From assembly GCA_965249185.1 (NCBI GenBank), contig CBDFLS010000001.1, positions 193,972 through 257,971 on the forward strand: a DNA stretch of 64,000 bases. The letters are read 5' to 3'. This stretch comes from Dehalococcoidia bacterium (GTDB lineage: Bacteria; Chloroflexota; Dehalococcoidia; Lucifugimonadales; Australimonadaceae). Within the stretch, counting starts at the first letter, position 1; each line of letters opens with the position of its first letter. The notes under the pieces were generated by a model. It saw nothing but the letters and a program-made list of their open reading frames with translations. It was not told the DNA's origin and searched no databases. A program made the translations under genes and the position numbers. Shown piece by piece: positions 27,544-37,563 of this stretch.

Positions 27544-28500
27544 GTGTACGAACCAAACTTCCATCACCTCCACACCTTCCGCGAAGTGGTCGGCGCCGGA
27601 GTCTTCGCCAAGGCCGCCGAGCGGCTGCTGGTGAGCCAGCCCGCCGTGACCGCGCAGATCAAAGCCCTTCAGCAGCAGCTCGGCTCGCCGTTGTTCGACC
27701 GGGTTGGCCGGAGAGCGGTGCTGAATGAAGCGGGAAGGGTCGTGTACGAGCACGCCTCACGCGTGCTCCAACTAACCGACGAGCTGACCGACGCGCTGAA
27801 GGAGCTTCAGCACGGAATCGCGGGGCGGCTCCGGGTGGGGGCGAGTCCGGCCTGGCAGTACACCGTGGCAAGAGCTCTGGGCGTCTTCAAGCGCACCCAC
27901 CCACGAGTTGAGCCTTCGCTCGAGGTCACCGGCAACGGTCGAGTCGTCGAGCTGGTCCTGGGCCATTCCGTGGACCTGGGCTTCGTGGGTGAACTGCCCA
28001 GGAGTCAGGAGATCGCAGTCCAAAAAATAGCCGAGGAATCGCTGGTGATCATCGCGGCCCCGGGGCACCGGTTCATGGCGCTGGGCCGTATAGACGTGTC
28101 AGCGCTTCGAGGAGAGCCTTTCGTGATGCGCGAGCCGGGCTCGGCGGTGCGGCGCATGGCGGAGACGTACCTGGCCCAGCTCGGCGTGGTCCCGGAGGTG
28201 CCGTTGGAGATGAGCAGCGACGAGGCGGTGAAGCAGGCCGTGATGGGCGGACAGGAGCTGGGCATCACCGCCCGAAGCGCCGTGGAGCTGGAGCTGCGGG
28301 CGGCCCGCTTGGGCGTGGCCGACGTCCCGAAGTTCCAGTGCGTCGTGACGCTCTATGCCATTCAGCACCGCCAGCGGCGGCGCAGCACTACTCAACAGAC
28401 GTTCATCGAGGAGCTGCAGGCGGCGCAAAGCCCTGGACAGAACGGGAACCTCTCTTCAGAAAGACCTCGAAACGGCGCCGAGAGCGAAGGGAGCAGGTAA
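27544..28500 (+). CDS. LysR-family regulator (CysL/YeiE-like)
   Basis: HTH FAKAAERL.VSQPAVT.QIK.L, REPGS motif, EAVKQAV. Confidence 0.92.
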   Translation: MYEPNFHHLHTFREVVGAGVFAKAAERLLVSQPAVTAQIKALQQQLGSPLFDRVGRRAVLNEAGRVVYEHASRVLQLTDELTDALKELQHGIAGRLRVGASPAWQYTVARALGVFKRTHPRVEPSLEVTGNGRVVELVLGHSVDLGFVGELPRSQEIAVQKIAEESLVIIAAPGHRFMALGRIDVSALRGEPFVMREPGSAVRRMAETYLAQLGVVPEVPLEMSSDEAVKQAVMGGQELGITARSAVELELRAARLGVADVPKFQCVVTLYAIQHRQRRRSTTQQTFIEELQAAQSPGQNGNLSSERPRNGAESEGSR

Positions 28501-28518
28501 TCCGCCGCGCCGCAACAG

Positions 28519-28548
28519 AACGGCGGCTCTCCTGGGAGAGCCGCCGTT
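28519..28548. terminator. Hairpin between convergent lysR and clpX
   Basis: AACGGCGGCTCTC-ctgg-GAGAGCCGCCGTT. Confidence 0.7.
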
Positions 28549-28579
28549 TCCTAACGCCCTTTGTGGCCGCGGTAGGTTG

Positions 28580-29872
28580 TCAGGCGCTCTTCGCCTGGTC
28601 CCCGCTCTGCTCCACCACTTGGCCCGTGGCCGTCAGCAGCAACGGAGGGCCAAGCCGTCCGAGCGGATCCGCATCGATAACACAGCGGGTCACGTGAGAG
28701 AGGGAGGGGAGATCATACATCACGTCCAGCAAGGTCTCTTCGATGATCGTGCGCAGGCCCCTGGCGCCCGAATTGCGCTCCAAGGCCTGGTCGGCCGCCG
28801 CCGCGAGAGCCGAATCGGTCAGATGCAGCTCCACGCCATCCAGCGAGAAGAGGTGCTGGTACTGCTTCACCACGGCATTCTTGGGCTCCGTCAGCACGCG
28901 GAGCATATCGGCCTTATCGAGGCCGCTCAGACCCACCACCAGGGGGAATCGCCCGATGAACTCGGGAATGAACCCGTACTGCAAGAGGTCCTCCGGCGCC
29001 ACCTGGCCTCGGACCTCATCCTCGACGGGAACAATCCCGTCGGAGCGGAAGCCGATGCCCCGGCCGCCGGAGGCGATCCGGCGCGACACGATCTTGTCCA
29101 GGCCCTCAAAGGTGCCGCCACAAAAGAAGAGGATGTCATCGGTCTTGATCTGCAGGAACTCCTGGTGTGGGTGTTTGCGCCCTCCCTGGGGAGGCACGTT
29201 GGCCACGCATCCCTCGACGATCTTGAGCAGCGCCTGCTGAACACCCTCACCGGAGACGTCCCGGGTGATGGACGGATTGGCCGTCCTGCGGGAGAGCTTG
29301 TCGATCTCGTCGATATAAATGATGCCCTGCTCGGCGCGGCCGATATCGAAGTCCGCGGCCTGGATCAGCCGCAGCAGGATGTTCTCCACGTCCTCGCCCA
29401 CGTAGCCGGCCTCCGTAAGGGAAGTGGCGTCGGCGATGGCGAAGGGCACGTCCAGCACCCGCGCCAGGGTCTGGGCCAGCAGCGTCTTGCCCGAGCCCGT
29501 GGGCCCTACGAGCAATACGTTGCTCTTCTGGAGCTCCACCCCCCCTTCCTTCGCCGCCACGTTGGACCAGATCCGCTTGTAATGGTTGTAGACCGCAACG
29601 CTGAGGACGCGTTTGGCCCGGTCCTGGCCCACCACATACTCGTTGAGATGGTCGAAGAGCTGGCGGGGAGAGAGGCCCTGCCGGGACACCGCCGGGGGCG
29701 GCGCCGCGGGCCCTCTCTCCTCCAGAATGATCTGCTGACAAAGGAAAACGCACTCGTCACAGATGAACACCCGGCCCGGCCCTGCGATGAGCCGCTTGAC
29801 CTGCTCCTGGGCCTTGCCACAGAAGGAGCAGAGGTGCGCGCTCTTGCCGCCGGACCTGCTGGGGGTAGGCAT
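28580..29872 (-). CDS. clpX: ATP-dependent Clp protease ATP-binding subunit
   Basis: CSFCGK zinc finger, [30 protein letters not shown]. Confidence 0.97.
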   Translation of the reverse strand: MPTPSRSGGKSAHLCSFCGKAQEQVKRLIAGPGRVFICDECVFLCQQIILEERGPAAPPPAVSRQGLSPRQLFDHLNEYVVGQDRAKRVLSVAVYNHYKRIWSNVAAKEGGVELQKSNVLLVGPTGSGKTLLAQTLARVLDVPFAIADATSLTEAGYVGEDVENILLRLIQAADFDIGRAEQGIIYIDEIDKLSRRTANPSITRDVSGEGVQQALLKIVEGCVANVPPQGGRKHPHQEFLQIKTDDILFFCGGTFEGLDKIVSRRIASGGRGIGFRSDGIVPVEDEVRGQVAPEDLLQYGFIPEFIGRFPLVVGLSGLDKADMLRVLTEPKNAVVKQYQHLFSLDGVELHLTDSALAAAADQALERNSGARGLRTIIEETLLDVMYDLPSLSHVTRCVIDADPLGRLGPPLLLTATGQVVEQSGDQAKSA

Positions 29873-29886
29873 TGCGACAGCCGCTC

Positions 29887-30531
29887 CTAGGTGCTCGCCT
29901 TGGCGTCGTCGGACGAGAGTTTGGCGGGGGAAGAGCCCAGCACTTCGTCCACAATGCCGTACTCGACGGCCTGCTCCGAGCTCATGTAGAAATCGCGGTC
30001 CGTGTCCCTGACGATCTTATCGTAGGCCTGGCCGGAGTGCGCGGAGAGGATGGTGCGTATCTTGTCCTGCATGCGCAGGATCTCCCGCGCGGCGATCTCC
30101 ACATCCGCCGCCTGTCCCGATGCGCCTCCCATGGCCTGGTGCATATGGATGGTGGAATTGGGCAAGGCGTAACGCTTCTTGGGCGCTCCGGCGCCAAGCA
30201 GGACGGTCGCCATGCTGGCCGCCATGCCCACGCAGATGGTGGAGACGTCGCACCGGATGAGCTGCATCGTGTCGTAGATGGCCAGCCCCGCCGTGATAAT
30301 CCCTCCCGGGCTATGGATATAGAGGCTGATGTCCTTCTCCGGGTCCTCGCGCTCCAGATAGAGGAGCTGAGCGATGATCAGATTGGACACCTGGTCGTTG
30401 ATCGGCATCCCCAGGAACACGATTCGCTCCTTGAGCAGCAGCGAATAGATGTCGAAGGCGCGCTCCCCGCGGGCGCCGCTCTCGATGACCATGGGGATGA
30501 TGTTCGTGGCACGCTCCCGGGGATCAAGCAT
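29887..30531 (-). CDS. clpP: Clp protease proteolytic subunit
   Basis: [32 protein letters not shown]. Start MLDPRE with GGAGG SD. Confidence 0.96.
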   Translation of the reverse strand: MLDPRERATNIIPMVIESGARGERAFDIYSLLLKERIVFLGMPINDQVSNLIIAQLLYLEREDPEKDISLYIHSPGGIITAGLAIYDTMQLIRCDVSTICVGMAASMATVLLGAGAPKKRYALPNSTIHMHQAMGGASGQAADVEIAAREILRMQDKIRTILSAHSGQAYDKIVRDTDRDFYMSSEQAVEYGIVDEVLGSSPAKLSSDDAKAST

Positions 30532-31930
30532 TCTTCCCGCCTCCTTTTTTGGTGGTCTTCTTCGTTTTTGCTGACGCCGTTTTGCCACGCGTGTCCGTGG
30601 CCCTGCCCTTGGCCTTGGCGCGGGCAGGCTCCGCCGCCGGAATCTCGCCCTTCGCGATGCCGGTGAGCATCTCCATGGCCTTGCGGCTCACCACGGTGCG
30701 CCGCAGCGATGTCCGGCCCTCCTCCGACGCGAATATCTTGCGTACCGCATCGGCCTGAGCGCCGGAGTCCGTGGCGAGCTTCTCGACCTCGGCCTTGATC
30801 TCGTCGTCCGAAACCTCGATACGGTGCTGCTCGATAACCTCCCGCAACACCAGGGCCCGCCTGATCTGCGCCTCCGCGCCCGGGCGGGACGCGTCCCGCA
30901 CCTCGCCGGCGCTCTTGCCTGCCCATTCGAGCTGCCGCTGGTACTGCTCCACCGTTACCCTGCCGGTGCGGAGAGCCTCGGCGTGGTCATGGAGCTGGTG
31001 TTCCACCTCATGATCCACCAGAAGCGGCGAAAAATCGATGGTGGCGTTGCGCAGGACCGCGTCGAGCATCTGCTCCTGGTACCTGGCTTCCGAGGCCTGC
31101 TCCTCCTGCCGGGTGAGGTCCTCTTCCACCTTGCTTCTCAACGCCGCCAGCGTCTCGTATCCCTCGCCCACGCCCTTGGCGAACTCGTCATCGAGCGGCG
31201 GCAGGCTCTTGCGTTTGACGTCGTGGACCGTCACCTCGAATCCGCAACTCTTGCCGGCCACTTGAGGGTTGTCCTCGTCCTCCGGCACCTCGATGGTGAA
31301 TTCCAAGCGCTGGTCGCTCTTTGCGCCAACCAGCGCTTCGGCAAAGCCGAGCACCGGCAGCCGCGATCGTTCGCGGACCACATAGTCCGCGCGCTCACTG
31401 CTGAGAATCTCTTCCTCCCCCGCCCAGCCACGCACGGTGATATTGAGGAGATCGCCGTAGGCCACAGACCCGTCTATCGGCTCCCAGGGGGCCATATCCA
31501 GGCGGAGCTGCTCCACCACATTGGCCACCTGCTCCTTCGAGATGCGCGTGCGCTCCTTCGGAATGCGCAGGGAGAGGTAGTTGCCCAGGTCTACCTTAGG
31601 CGTGAGCGGGATGGTGGCGGTGAAGCTGGGCGGGTCCAACTGCTCCAGCTTAATGGAGGGTACACCCGCCACTTCCAAGGAGGACTCCTCCAACGCCCGG
31701 TTGGTGGCCTCGGGCAACATGAAGTCGAGGGCCTCGTTCAGCAGGTACTCGCGGCCGTACAACTGCTCGATGATGCGGCGCGGCGCCTTGCCCTTGCGGA
31801 AGCCGGGCACATTGAGCCGCTTCACCGTTTTCCGGTAGGACCGCTCCAGGTATGTCTCCACATCATCGGGCTCAAGCTCTATGTTGAGCAGGGCCTCTTG
31901 CTGGGGACGCTCCTCAGTGGTGACCTTCAC
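30524..31930 (-). CDS. tig: Trigger factor
   Basis: [10 protein letters not shown] ribosome-binding motif, LDDEFAK. tig-clpP-clpX order. Confidence 0.95.
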   Translation of the reverse strand: MKVTTEERPQQEALLNIELEPDDVETYLERSYRKTVKRLNVPGFRKGKAPRRIIEQLYGREYLLNEALDFMLPEATNRALEESSLEVAGVPSIKLEQLDPPSFTATIPLTPKVDLGNYLSLRIPKERTRISKEQVANVVEQLRLDMAPWEPIDGSVAYGDLLNITVRGWAGEEEILSSERADYVVRERSRLPVLGFAEALVGAKSDQRLEFTIEVPEDEDNPQVAGKSCGFEVTVHDVKRKSLPPLDDEFAKGVGEGYETLAALRSKVEEDLTRQEEQASEARYQEQMLDAVLRNATIDFSPLLVDHEVEHQLHDHAEALRTGRVTVEQYQRQLEWAGKSAGEVRDASRPGAEAQIRRALVLREVIEQHRIEVSDDEIKAEVEKLATDSGAQADAVRKIFASEEGRTSLRRTVVSRKAMEMLTGIAKGEIPAAEPARAKAKGRATDTRGKTASAKTKKTTKKGGGKNA

Positions 31931-32125
31931 GCTGCCTCAGTGGTAGCCTTCACGCTGTACGCGCTCTAGCTAGGGGAATGAGAGCATTATAGCGCATGCG
32001 AAGGTGAGGAGGAAACGGGCGCCCGCTGCGGTCTGAGTCACCGGAACTTTTCTCCGTCGTCGTCCGTCGTTATGTGGGGAGGGACCGTGCCGCATATACT
32101 CTGGCGAACAACCCTGATGACTTAA

Positions 32126-32725
32126 ATGAAACGATTGCCTGCCCTTACGCCTATCGCCCTGCTGCTTGGCCTGCTGGTGCTGGCAGCCGCATGTGACCAG
32201 AGCACACCCACGCCTACACCAACGTCAACAGCGACCCCGACGCTTAAGCCTACCGCCACGCCAACACCAGAGCCGGATTCGGGTCCCGGCGCTTCCTGCC
32301 AAGACCGCTTGGCCCTCTCCCTTTCTTTCGAGGCAATGGCCCGGGACGCGGTGGTGACCTCCTACCGTTGCGATAGGCTCTATATAGACTCCACGGGCCA
32401 ATACCCGGATGCGGACCCATCCTTCGCCGTTCCAACGGGAGCGGCCCTTGAGCTCGCCTTCGACCCGCGAGTCCAGCAGCCTCCGGTCCGCACGGAGCTG
32501 CGGCTTTACACGCAAACAGGGGCCCACGGGTGGTTTCTGCAGTTTCCCGACGACCTGCCAGATGGCGCCCAGGCGATAGACCGGTCCATGCCTGCTCCGG
32601 CGCTCTCATTCCGGTACCGCGTTGATGCGCCTCCAGGAGAGTACGCGCTGGTGGTCAGGGCCACATGGGAAGGGCCGGTGGACGTGTTCTACGCCACGTC
32701 CCTGCGTATCGTAGAGCCATCTTGA
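32126..32725 (+). CDS. Hypothetical lipoprotein with PT-rich linker
   Basis: Signal peptide with LAAAC lipobox, TPTPT linker, beta-rich C-terminal domain (PGEYALVVRATW). Confidence 0.7.
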   Translation: MKRLPALTPIALLLGLLVLAAACDQSTPTPTPTSTATPTLKPTATPTPEPDSGPGASCQDRLALSLSFEAMARDAVVTSYRCDRLYIDSTGQYPDADPSFAVPTGAALELAFDPRVQQPPVRTELRLYTQTGAHGWFLQFPDDLPDGAQAIDRSMPAPALSFRYRVDAPPGEYALVVRATWEGPVDVFYATSLRIVEPS

Positions 32726-32788
32726 GGGTCCGGCATCCGTCGGTCACGGACACACTGGGTTTGCGGCCGTATTCGGGGCTGGGGCGCC

Positions 32789-33700
32789 CTACCCGGCCGC
32801 GGCGGGCTCGCTCACTGTGGGGTAGAGCTCCTGGAGCAGGTCGAGGAAGACGGTAACGATGGCCCCGTAGCTGGCGGCCCGGCGCACCATGACCGACGTG
32901 GGCAGGGTCACGCGATACCCCTCCTCGAGCCGCACATGGGCCAGCGTCCCCAGCTCCAGCTCCCGCTGCAGCGAGTTATAGGGCAGGAAGCTGATGCCCA
33001 GCCCCCGCTCGATCATCCGCTTGGTGGCGGCGATGCTGTCCAGGTCCATCTGAACGTTGGGCACGATGCCCGCCTCGCGGCAGACCCGGTTGATGAGCAC
33101 GAAGTAGGTGGACTCCTTATCGTAGAGGATCAGGGGCTCGGAGGCCACCTCGTAGATACTCGCGGTCCCCGATCGCGCGAACCGGTGGTCGGGATGGGTC
33201 ACCAGGACAATCTTCTCATCGTAGAGGTGCGTGGAGACCACGTCCGGGTGCACCAGCGTGCGGGCCATGCCAACCTGGATCTCCTCGGAGAGCACCATCT
33301 CCAGCACCTGGGTGGAGCGGCCCGTCTTGATGGCCACGTCGAGACCGGGGTGCCGCTGGCGGAAGGTGGCCACAATGTCGGGCAGAACGTAGGTGGAGAC
33401 GGCCCGCGCCGCGCCGATGTAGAGCTTGCCCGACGAGGCCGTACGGTGGGCCTCCAGCGCCTCCTGGCCGTTGCGCAGCGCCTCCATGGAGCGCTCCACG
33501 TAGGGAAGAAAGGCGCGGCCCGCATCGGTCAGCCGCACGCCGCGGCCCAGCCGGTGGAAGAAGGGCTCCCCCACCTCCCGCTCCAGCGATATCACCCGCG
33601 CGCTAAGCGACGGCTGGGTAACACCCAGCGCCTCCGCCGCCCGGGTAAAGCTGCGGTGCTGGACCACCATGAGAAAGGCTTGGAGCTGGCCTATCTCCAC
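32789..33700 (-). CDS. LysR-family transcriptional regulator
   Basis: SFTRAAEALGVTQPSLS, RLTDAG. ATAG-N7-CAAT T-N11-A box at 33717-33731. Confidence 0.93.
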   Translation of the reverse strand: MEIGQLQAFLMVVQHRSFTRAAEALGVTQPSLSARVISLEREVGEPFFHRLGRGVRLTDAGRAFLPYVERSMEALRNGQEALEAHRTASSGKLYIGAARAVSTYVLPDIVATFRQRHPGLDVAIKTGRSTQVLEMVLSEEIQVGMARTLVHPDVVSTHLYDEKIVLVTHPDHRFARSGTASIYEVASEPLILYDKESTYFVLINRVCREAGIVPNVQMDLDSIAATKRMIERGLGISFLPYNSLQRELELGTLAHVRLEEGYRVTLPTSVMVRRAASYGAIVTVFLDLLQELYPTVSEPAAAG

Positions 33701-33910
33701 CTAAGTCCTCCATCCCATAGATGTGCTCAATGCCTCGCGCGGCAGGCTATCCTTTTCATTATATCTCACCACCTGTCGGCGAGGTGGCCTCTCGGTTGGC
33801 ATCCACCCCCATTTGCGCTAGAGTAAGAGAAGCGTGGCCCCGCTCTGGCCTTTAGCCGCGAGGCACGGACGCCGGAGCAACGACTCCCCAGACCACGGAG
33901 GAGGAAGCGC

Positions 33911-34153
33911 GTGTTGGGTCTCTTTCGCTCGGTTTTCTGGCTCGGCGCCATGGCGCTCGTGATCATCGGACTTCGCAAGGCCGTGGCGCAGTCCGGCGAC
34001 AAGGCCGATGCGCTGGGCCAGCGCATCGAGGGGGGCGACGACTCACCCCACATAGTCGCGCTGGTCCGCATCCACGACGCGCTGCACCGCCGCCCACACA
34101 CTAACCACGACGCCAGCCCCGAGGCTGCCAAGGCCCCCGACGACGAGGCGTAA
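33911..34153 (+). CDS. Small hypothetical membrane-anchored protein
   Basis: GGAGGAGG SD, N-terminal hydrophobic helix, hairpin after the stop (34181-34206). Confidence 0.6.
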   Translation: MLGLFRSVFWLGAMALVIIGLRKAVAQSGDKADALGQRIEGGDDSPHIVALVRIHDALHRRPHTNHDASPEAAKAPDDEA

Positions 34154-34275
34154 GGGTCTTCGCATATCCGGTCTGCCAGCGAGGGGCGCGCCCAAGGCGC
34201 CCCTTCGGTTTACCCGTCCCCCGGCGCTGTCTATAATGCGCGCGCCGGCTATCCTCTCACGACCACGGGGCCCCC

Positions 34276-36102
34276 TTGCTTAAGACCATCCCCTGCGGCG
34301 ACTTGCGAACAGAGCACCAGGGCCAGACAGTCACCCTGGCTGGTTGGGTCCACCGACGGCGCGACCACGGCGGCCTCGTCTTCATCGATCTGCGGGACAG
34401 CCGCGGGCTCGCCCAGGTGGTCTTCAATCCCGCCGATGCCCCAGACGCCCACCGAGAGGCGGAGCAGCTCCGCGGCGAATGGGTGGTCCAGGTGACCGGC
34501 AAGGTCCAGCGCCGCCCCGAGGGCACGGCAAACCCAGCCCTGGCCACCGGCGAGGTGGAGGTGACGGCCTCCGCTCTCCACGTGCTCAACCCCGCCAAGA
34601 CGCCGCCCTTCGAGGTGAACGAGGACGCCCCCGTCGACGAGGCGCTCCGTCTCCAGTACCGCTATCTTGACCTGCGCCGGCCCCAGATGCGCCACAACAT
34701 CACCGTGCGGCACCGGGCGGTCAAGTACATCCGTGACTTCCTGGACGCCAGGGGGTTCTTGGAGGTGGAGACTCCCATCCTGATCAAGAGCACGCCCGAG
34801 GGGGCCCGCGATTACCTGGTCCCGAGCCGTGTCCACCCTGGCAGCTTCTACGCCCTACCCCAGTCGCCCCAGCAGCTCAAGCAGCTCCTCATGGTGGGCG
34901 GCATCGAGCGCTACTTCCAAATCGCCCGGTGCTTCAGGGACGAGGACCAGCGCGCCGACCGGCAGCCGGAGTTCTCGCAGCTTGACCTGGAGATGTCCTT
35001 CGTGGAGCGGGACGATGTCATCGGCCTGATGGAGGAGCTCTACACCTCCCTGGCCGAGAGCGTGGCGCCCCACAAGCGCGTGATCACGCCGGTCCCACGC
35101 CTCTCCTACCCCGAAGCCATGGCCAGGTACGGCACCGACAAGCCCGACCTGCGGTTCGGTCTCGAGCTGGTGGAGCTGACCGACTTGGCCGCTCGGACGG
35201 AGTTCCGGGTCTTCCGGGACGCCGTGGCCAAAGGGGGCGTCGTCGTCGGTTTCGCCGCGCCCGGCATGGCGGGCCTCTCGCGCCGGGAGAGCGACGAGCT
35301 GATCGCCCTGGCCCGAAGCCACGGCCTTGGTGGGTTGGTCACCATCGGCCTGGATGAGAAGGCGGCGGCGCTGGAGGCCATGACGGTCGAGCAGGTCCGC
35401 TCCTCGGCGGGCAGGGCCCTGGGCTTGGAGGACGTGCTGGGCCTGGCCGTGCGTACCGGCGCCAAACCAGGCGACATGCTCCTCATGGCCGCGGGGCCCC
35501 TGGAGATTGTGGGGCCGGCGCTCGGTCACGTGCGCCAGCGGGTCGGCCACCAACTGGGCCCGGCTGACCAAAATATACTGGCCTTCGCCTTCATCACCGA
35601 CTTCCCCCTGCTCGAATGGAACGGGGACTTGAGTCGCTGGCAGGCGGTCCATCACCCCTTCACATCGCCCACCGACGATGGGTGGAACTCCCTGGAGTCG
35701 GACCCCGGCTCGGTAACGGCCAAAGCCTACGACCTCGTCTGCAACGGCAGCGAGCTTGGGGGAGGAAGCATCCGGATCCACCAGCGGGAGCTCCAGGAGC
35801 GGCTCTTCAAGGTCATGGGCTACTCGGCCGAGGAGGTCCGGAGCGAGTTCTCGCACCTGCTGGACGCCTTCGAGTACGGCGCACCGCCCCACGGCGGCTT
35901 TGCCGGGGGCATCGAGCGGCTGGTGACAATGCTGGTGGAGGACGCCGAGTCGATCCGCGACGTCACCGCGTTCCCCAAGAACCAGGCCGCGGTGGACCTC
36001 CTGTTTGGCGCCCCGGCGCCGGTGAACGATAAGCAGCTCCGCGAGCTACACCTGCAGCTCCTGCCCAAACCGAAGGCCGAAAGCGAGACTAAGGACCGCT
36101 AG
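34276..36102 (+). CDS. aspS: Aspartyl-tRNA synthetase (likely non-discriminating)
   Basis: RRDHGG..FIDLRD, STPEGARDYLVPSR, FRDED, YGAPPHGG. His in DHGG and Gly in PEG fit the ND-AspRS determinants. Confidence 0.96.
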   Translation: MLKTIPCGDLRTEHQGQTVTLAGWVHRRRDHGGLVFIDLRDSRGLAQVVFNPADAPDAHREAEQLRGEWVVQVTGKVQRRPEGTANPALATGEVEVTASALHVLNPAKTPPFEVNEDAPVDEALRLQYRYLDLRRPQMRHNITVRHRAVKYIRDFLDARGFLEVETPILIKSTPEGARDYLVPSRVHPGSFYALPQSPQQLKQLLMVGGIERYFQIARCFRDEDQRADRQPEFSQLDLEMSFVERDDVIGLMEELYTSLAESVAPHKRVITPVPRLSYPEAMARYGTDKPDLRFGLELVELTDLAARTEFRVFRDAVAKGGVVVGFAAPGMAGLSRRESDELIALARSHGLGGLVTIGLDEKAAALEAMTVEQVRSSAGRALGLEDVLGLAVRTGAKPGDMLLMAAGPLEIVGPALGHVRQRVGHQLGPADQNILAFAFITDFPLLEWNGDLSRWQAVHHPFTSPTDDGWNSLESDPGSVTAKAYDLVCNGSELGGGSIRIHQRELQERLFKVMGYSAEEVRSEFSHLLDAFEYGAPPHGGFAGGIERLVTMLVEDAESIRDVTAFPKNQAAVDLLFGAPAPVNDKQLRELHLQLLPKPKAESETKDR

Positions 36103-36165
36103 CGGGACCCAGGCCTCTTGCTTCCGCTTGAGACGTGCGTCCGGCCACGGCCCTGAAAAAAGCCT

Positions 36166-36657
36166 ATGCCCAACACCCCGGAAGCCCGGCTGCCCGATAC
36201 CCCGGAAGCGCGGCTGAAGAAGTTGGGGCTCTCGCTGCCCGCGCTATTCCCGCCGGGCGCGAACTACATCCCCTCGGTCCGCACCGGCAATCTCCTCTTC
36301 CTGGCCCAGATGTGCCGCACTCCCGACGGCAAGCCGCTTCCCGGCAAGTTCGGCGCGAGCATGTCCGTCGAACAGGGATACCAGGCGGCACAAAACGCGA
36401 TGCTCAATATCCTCGCCGTGGCCGGAGATGCCGCGGGCGGCCTGGACCGAATACGCCAAGTGGTCCGCATGTTCGGCATGGTGAACGCCACGCCCGACTT
36501 CGACGGCCACGCCAAGGTGATGAACGGCGCGTCCGACCTGCTGGTCGGCGTGTTCGGTGAGCGCGGCCGCCATGCCAGGGCGGTGGCGGGACACCCATCG
36601 CTGCCCTCGGGCGTCGCCATCGAGATCGAGTGCGTATTGGAGTTGGCGGGGCCTTAG
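36166..36657 (+). CDS. RidA/YjgF/UK114 family protein (paralog 1)
   Basis: NYIPSVRTGNLLF, VMNGASDLL..VFGE.GRHAR, SLP.G..IEIE. Confidence 0.88.
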   Translation: MPNTPEARLPDTPEARLKKLGLSLPALFPPGANYIPSVRTGNLLFLAQMCRTPDGKPLPGKFGASMSVEQGYQAAQNAMLNILAVAGDAAGGLDRIRQVVRMFGMVNATPDFDGHAKVMNGASDLLVGVFGERGRHARAVAGHPSLPSGVAIEIECVLELAGP

Positions 36658-36716
36658 CCCTCCGGCCCAGGGCCCTCCAGCCCAGGGAATGAAAAGAAGC
36701 TCAAGAAGGAGGAAAC

Positions 36717-37184
36717 ATGGCTACTGGCATAGAGGCGAGACTGCAGGAGCTGGGGATCGCGCTGCCTGAGGCGCCTAAGCCGGCGGGCAGCTACGTCCCG
36801 TCGGTCCGCACCGGCAACCTGCTGTTCATGGCCGGCCAGGTCTCGAGGAACGAGGATGGCAGCGTCCTCACCGGCAAGCTGGGCGACACCATGAGCGTCG
36901 AGGAGGGATACCAGGCCGGGCGCTCCACGGGCCTGCGGATCCTGGCGGCGGTGAAGGCGGCCCTGGGAGACCTGGACCGCGTGAGCCGGGTGGTGCGCCT
37001 CTTCGGAATGGTGAACTCCACCCCCGATTTTGAGCGCCACCCCAAGGTGATGAACGGCTGCTCCGACCTGCTGGTGGAGGTATTTGGCGACAATGGCCGC
37101 CACTCCCGCTGCGCCGTCGGCCACGCCTCGCTGCCCGCCGGAGCGGCGGTGGAGGTCGAGTCGATATTCGAGATCGCGGAGTGA
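36717..37184 (+). CDS. RidA/YjgF/UK114 family protein (paralog 2)
   Basis: SYVPSVRTGNLLFMAGQ, VMNGCSDLL, GRHSRCAVG..SLP. AGGAGG SD. Confidence 0.92.
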   Translation: MATGIEARLQELGIALPEAPKPAGSYVPSVRTGNLLFMAGQVSRNEDGSVLTGKLGDTMSVEEGYQAGRSTGLRILAAVKAALGDLDRVSRVVRLFGMVNSTPDFERHPKVMNGCSDLLVEVFGDNGRHSRCAVGHASLPAGAAVEVESIFEIAE

Positions 37185-37221
37185 GCCCACGCTTCCGCTG
37201 AGTGGTGGGCGGCCCTTGCCT

Positions 37222-37498
37222 CCGCTCATGGTGATCCTTCGACAAGCCTGTCCTGAGCAAAGCCGAAGGGCTCAGGGTGACCCTTCGACAAGCTCAGGGT
37301 GCGCGGATTTGGTTCCCCGCTCATGGTGAGCCTGTCGAACCATCGTGGTGAGCTCCGATCTTATCGAGAGTCCGACGTTGTCGGACCTGTCGAACCATGA
37401 GCGGCAATAACGCCAGGCTCATGGAGAACCTTCGCGGAATTCATCCTGAACGAGAAGTAGATTCTTCGTCCTTCCTGCGGAAGGACTCAGAATGACAA
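37222..37498. repeat. Cluster of nested REP-like palindromic repeats
   Basis: CCTTCGACAAGCTCAGGGTG units, CCGCTCATGGTGAGCCTGTCGAACCA units, and AGATTCTTCG...CTCAGAATGAC. Confidence 0.8.
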
Positions 37499-37563
37499 AG
37501 ACGAAACGCTCTCTCACGCGAACCGCGCCTGCCCGCCTCCCGCGCACCGTCCAGGGCCATCGC

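Noticed and set aside
37222-37498. Repeat cluster as a CRISPR array
   Set aside because: Units are irregularly spaced, nested and in both orientations, with no unique spacers of constant length and no cas genes.
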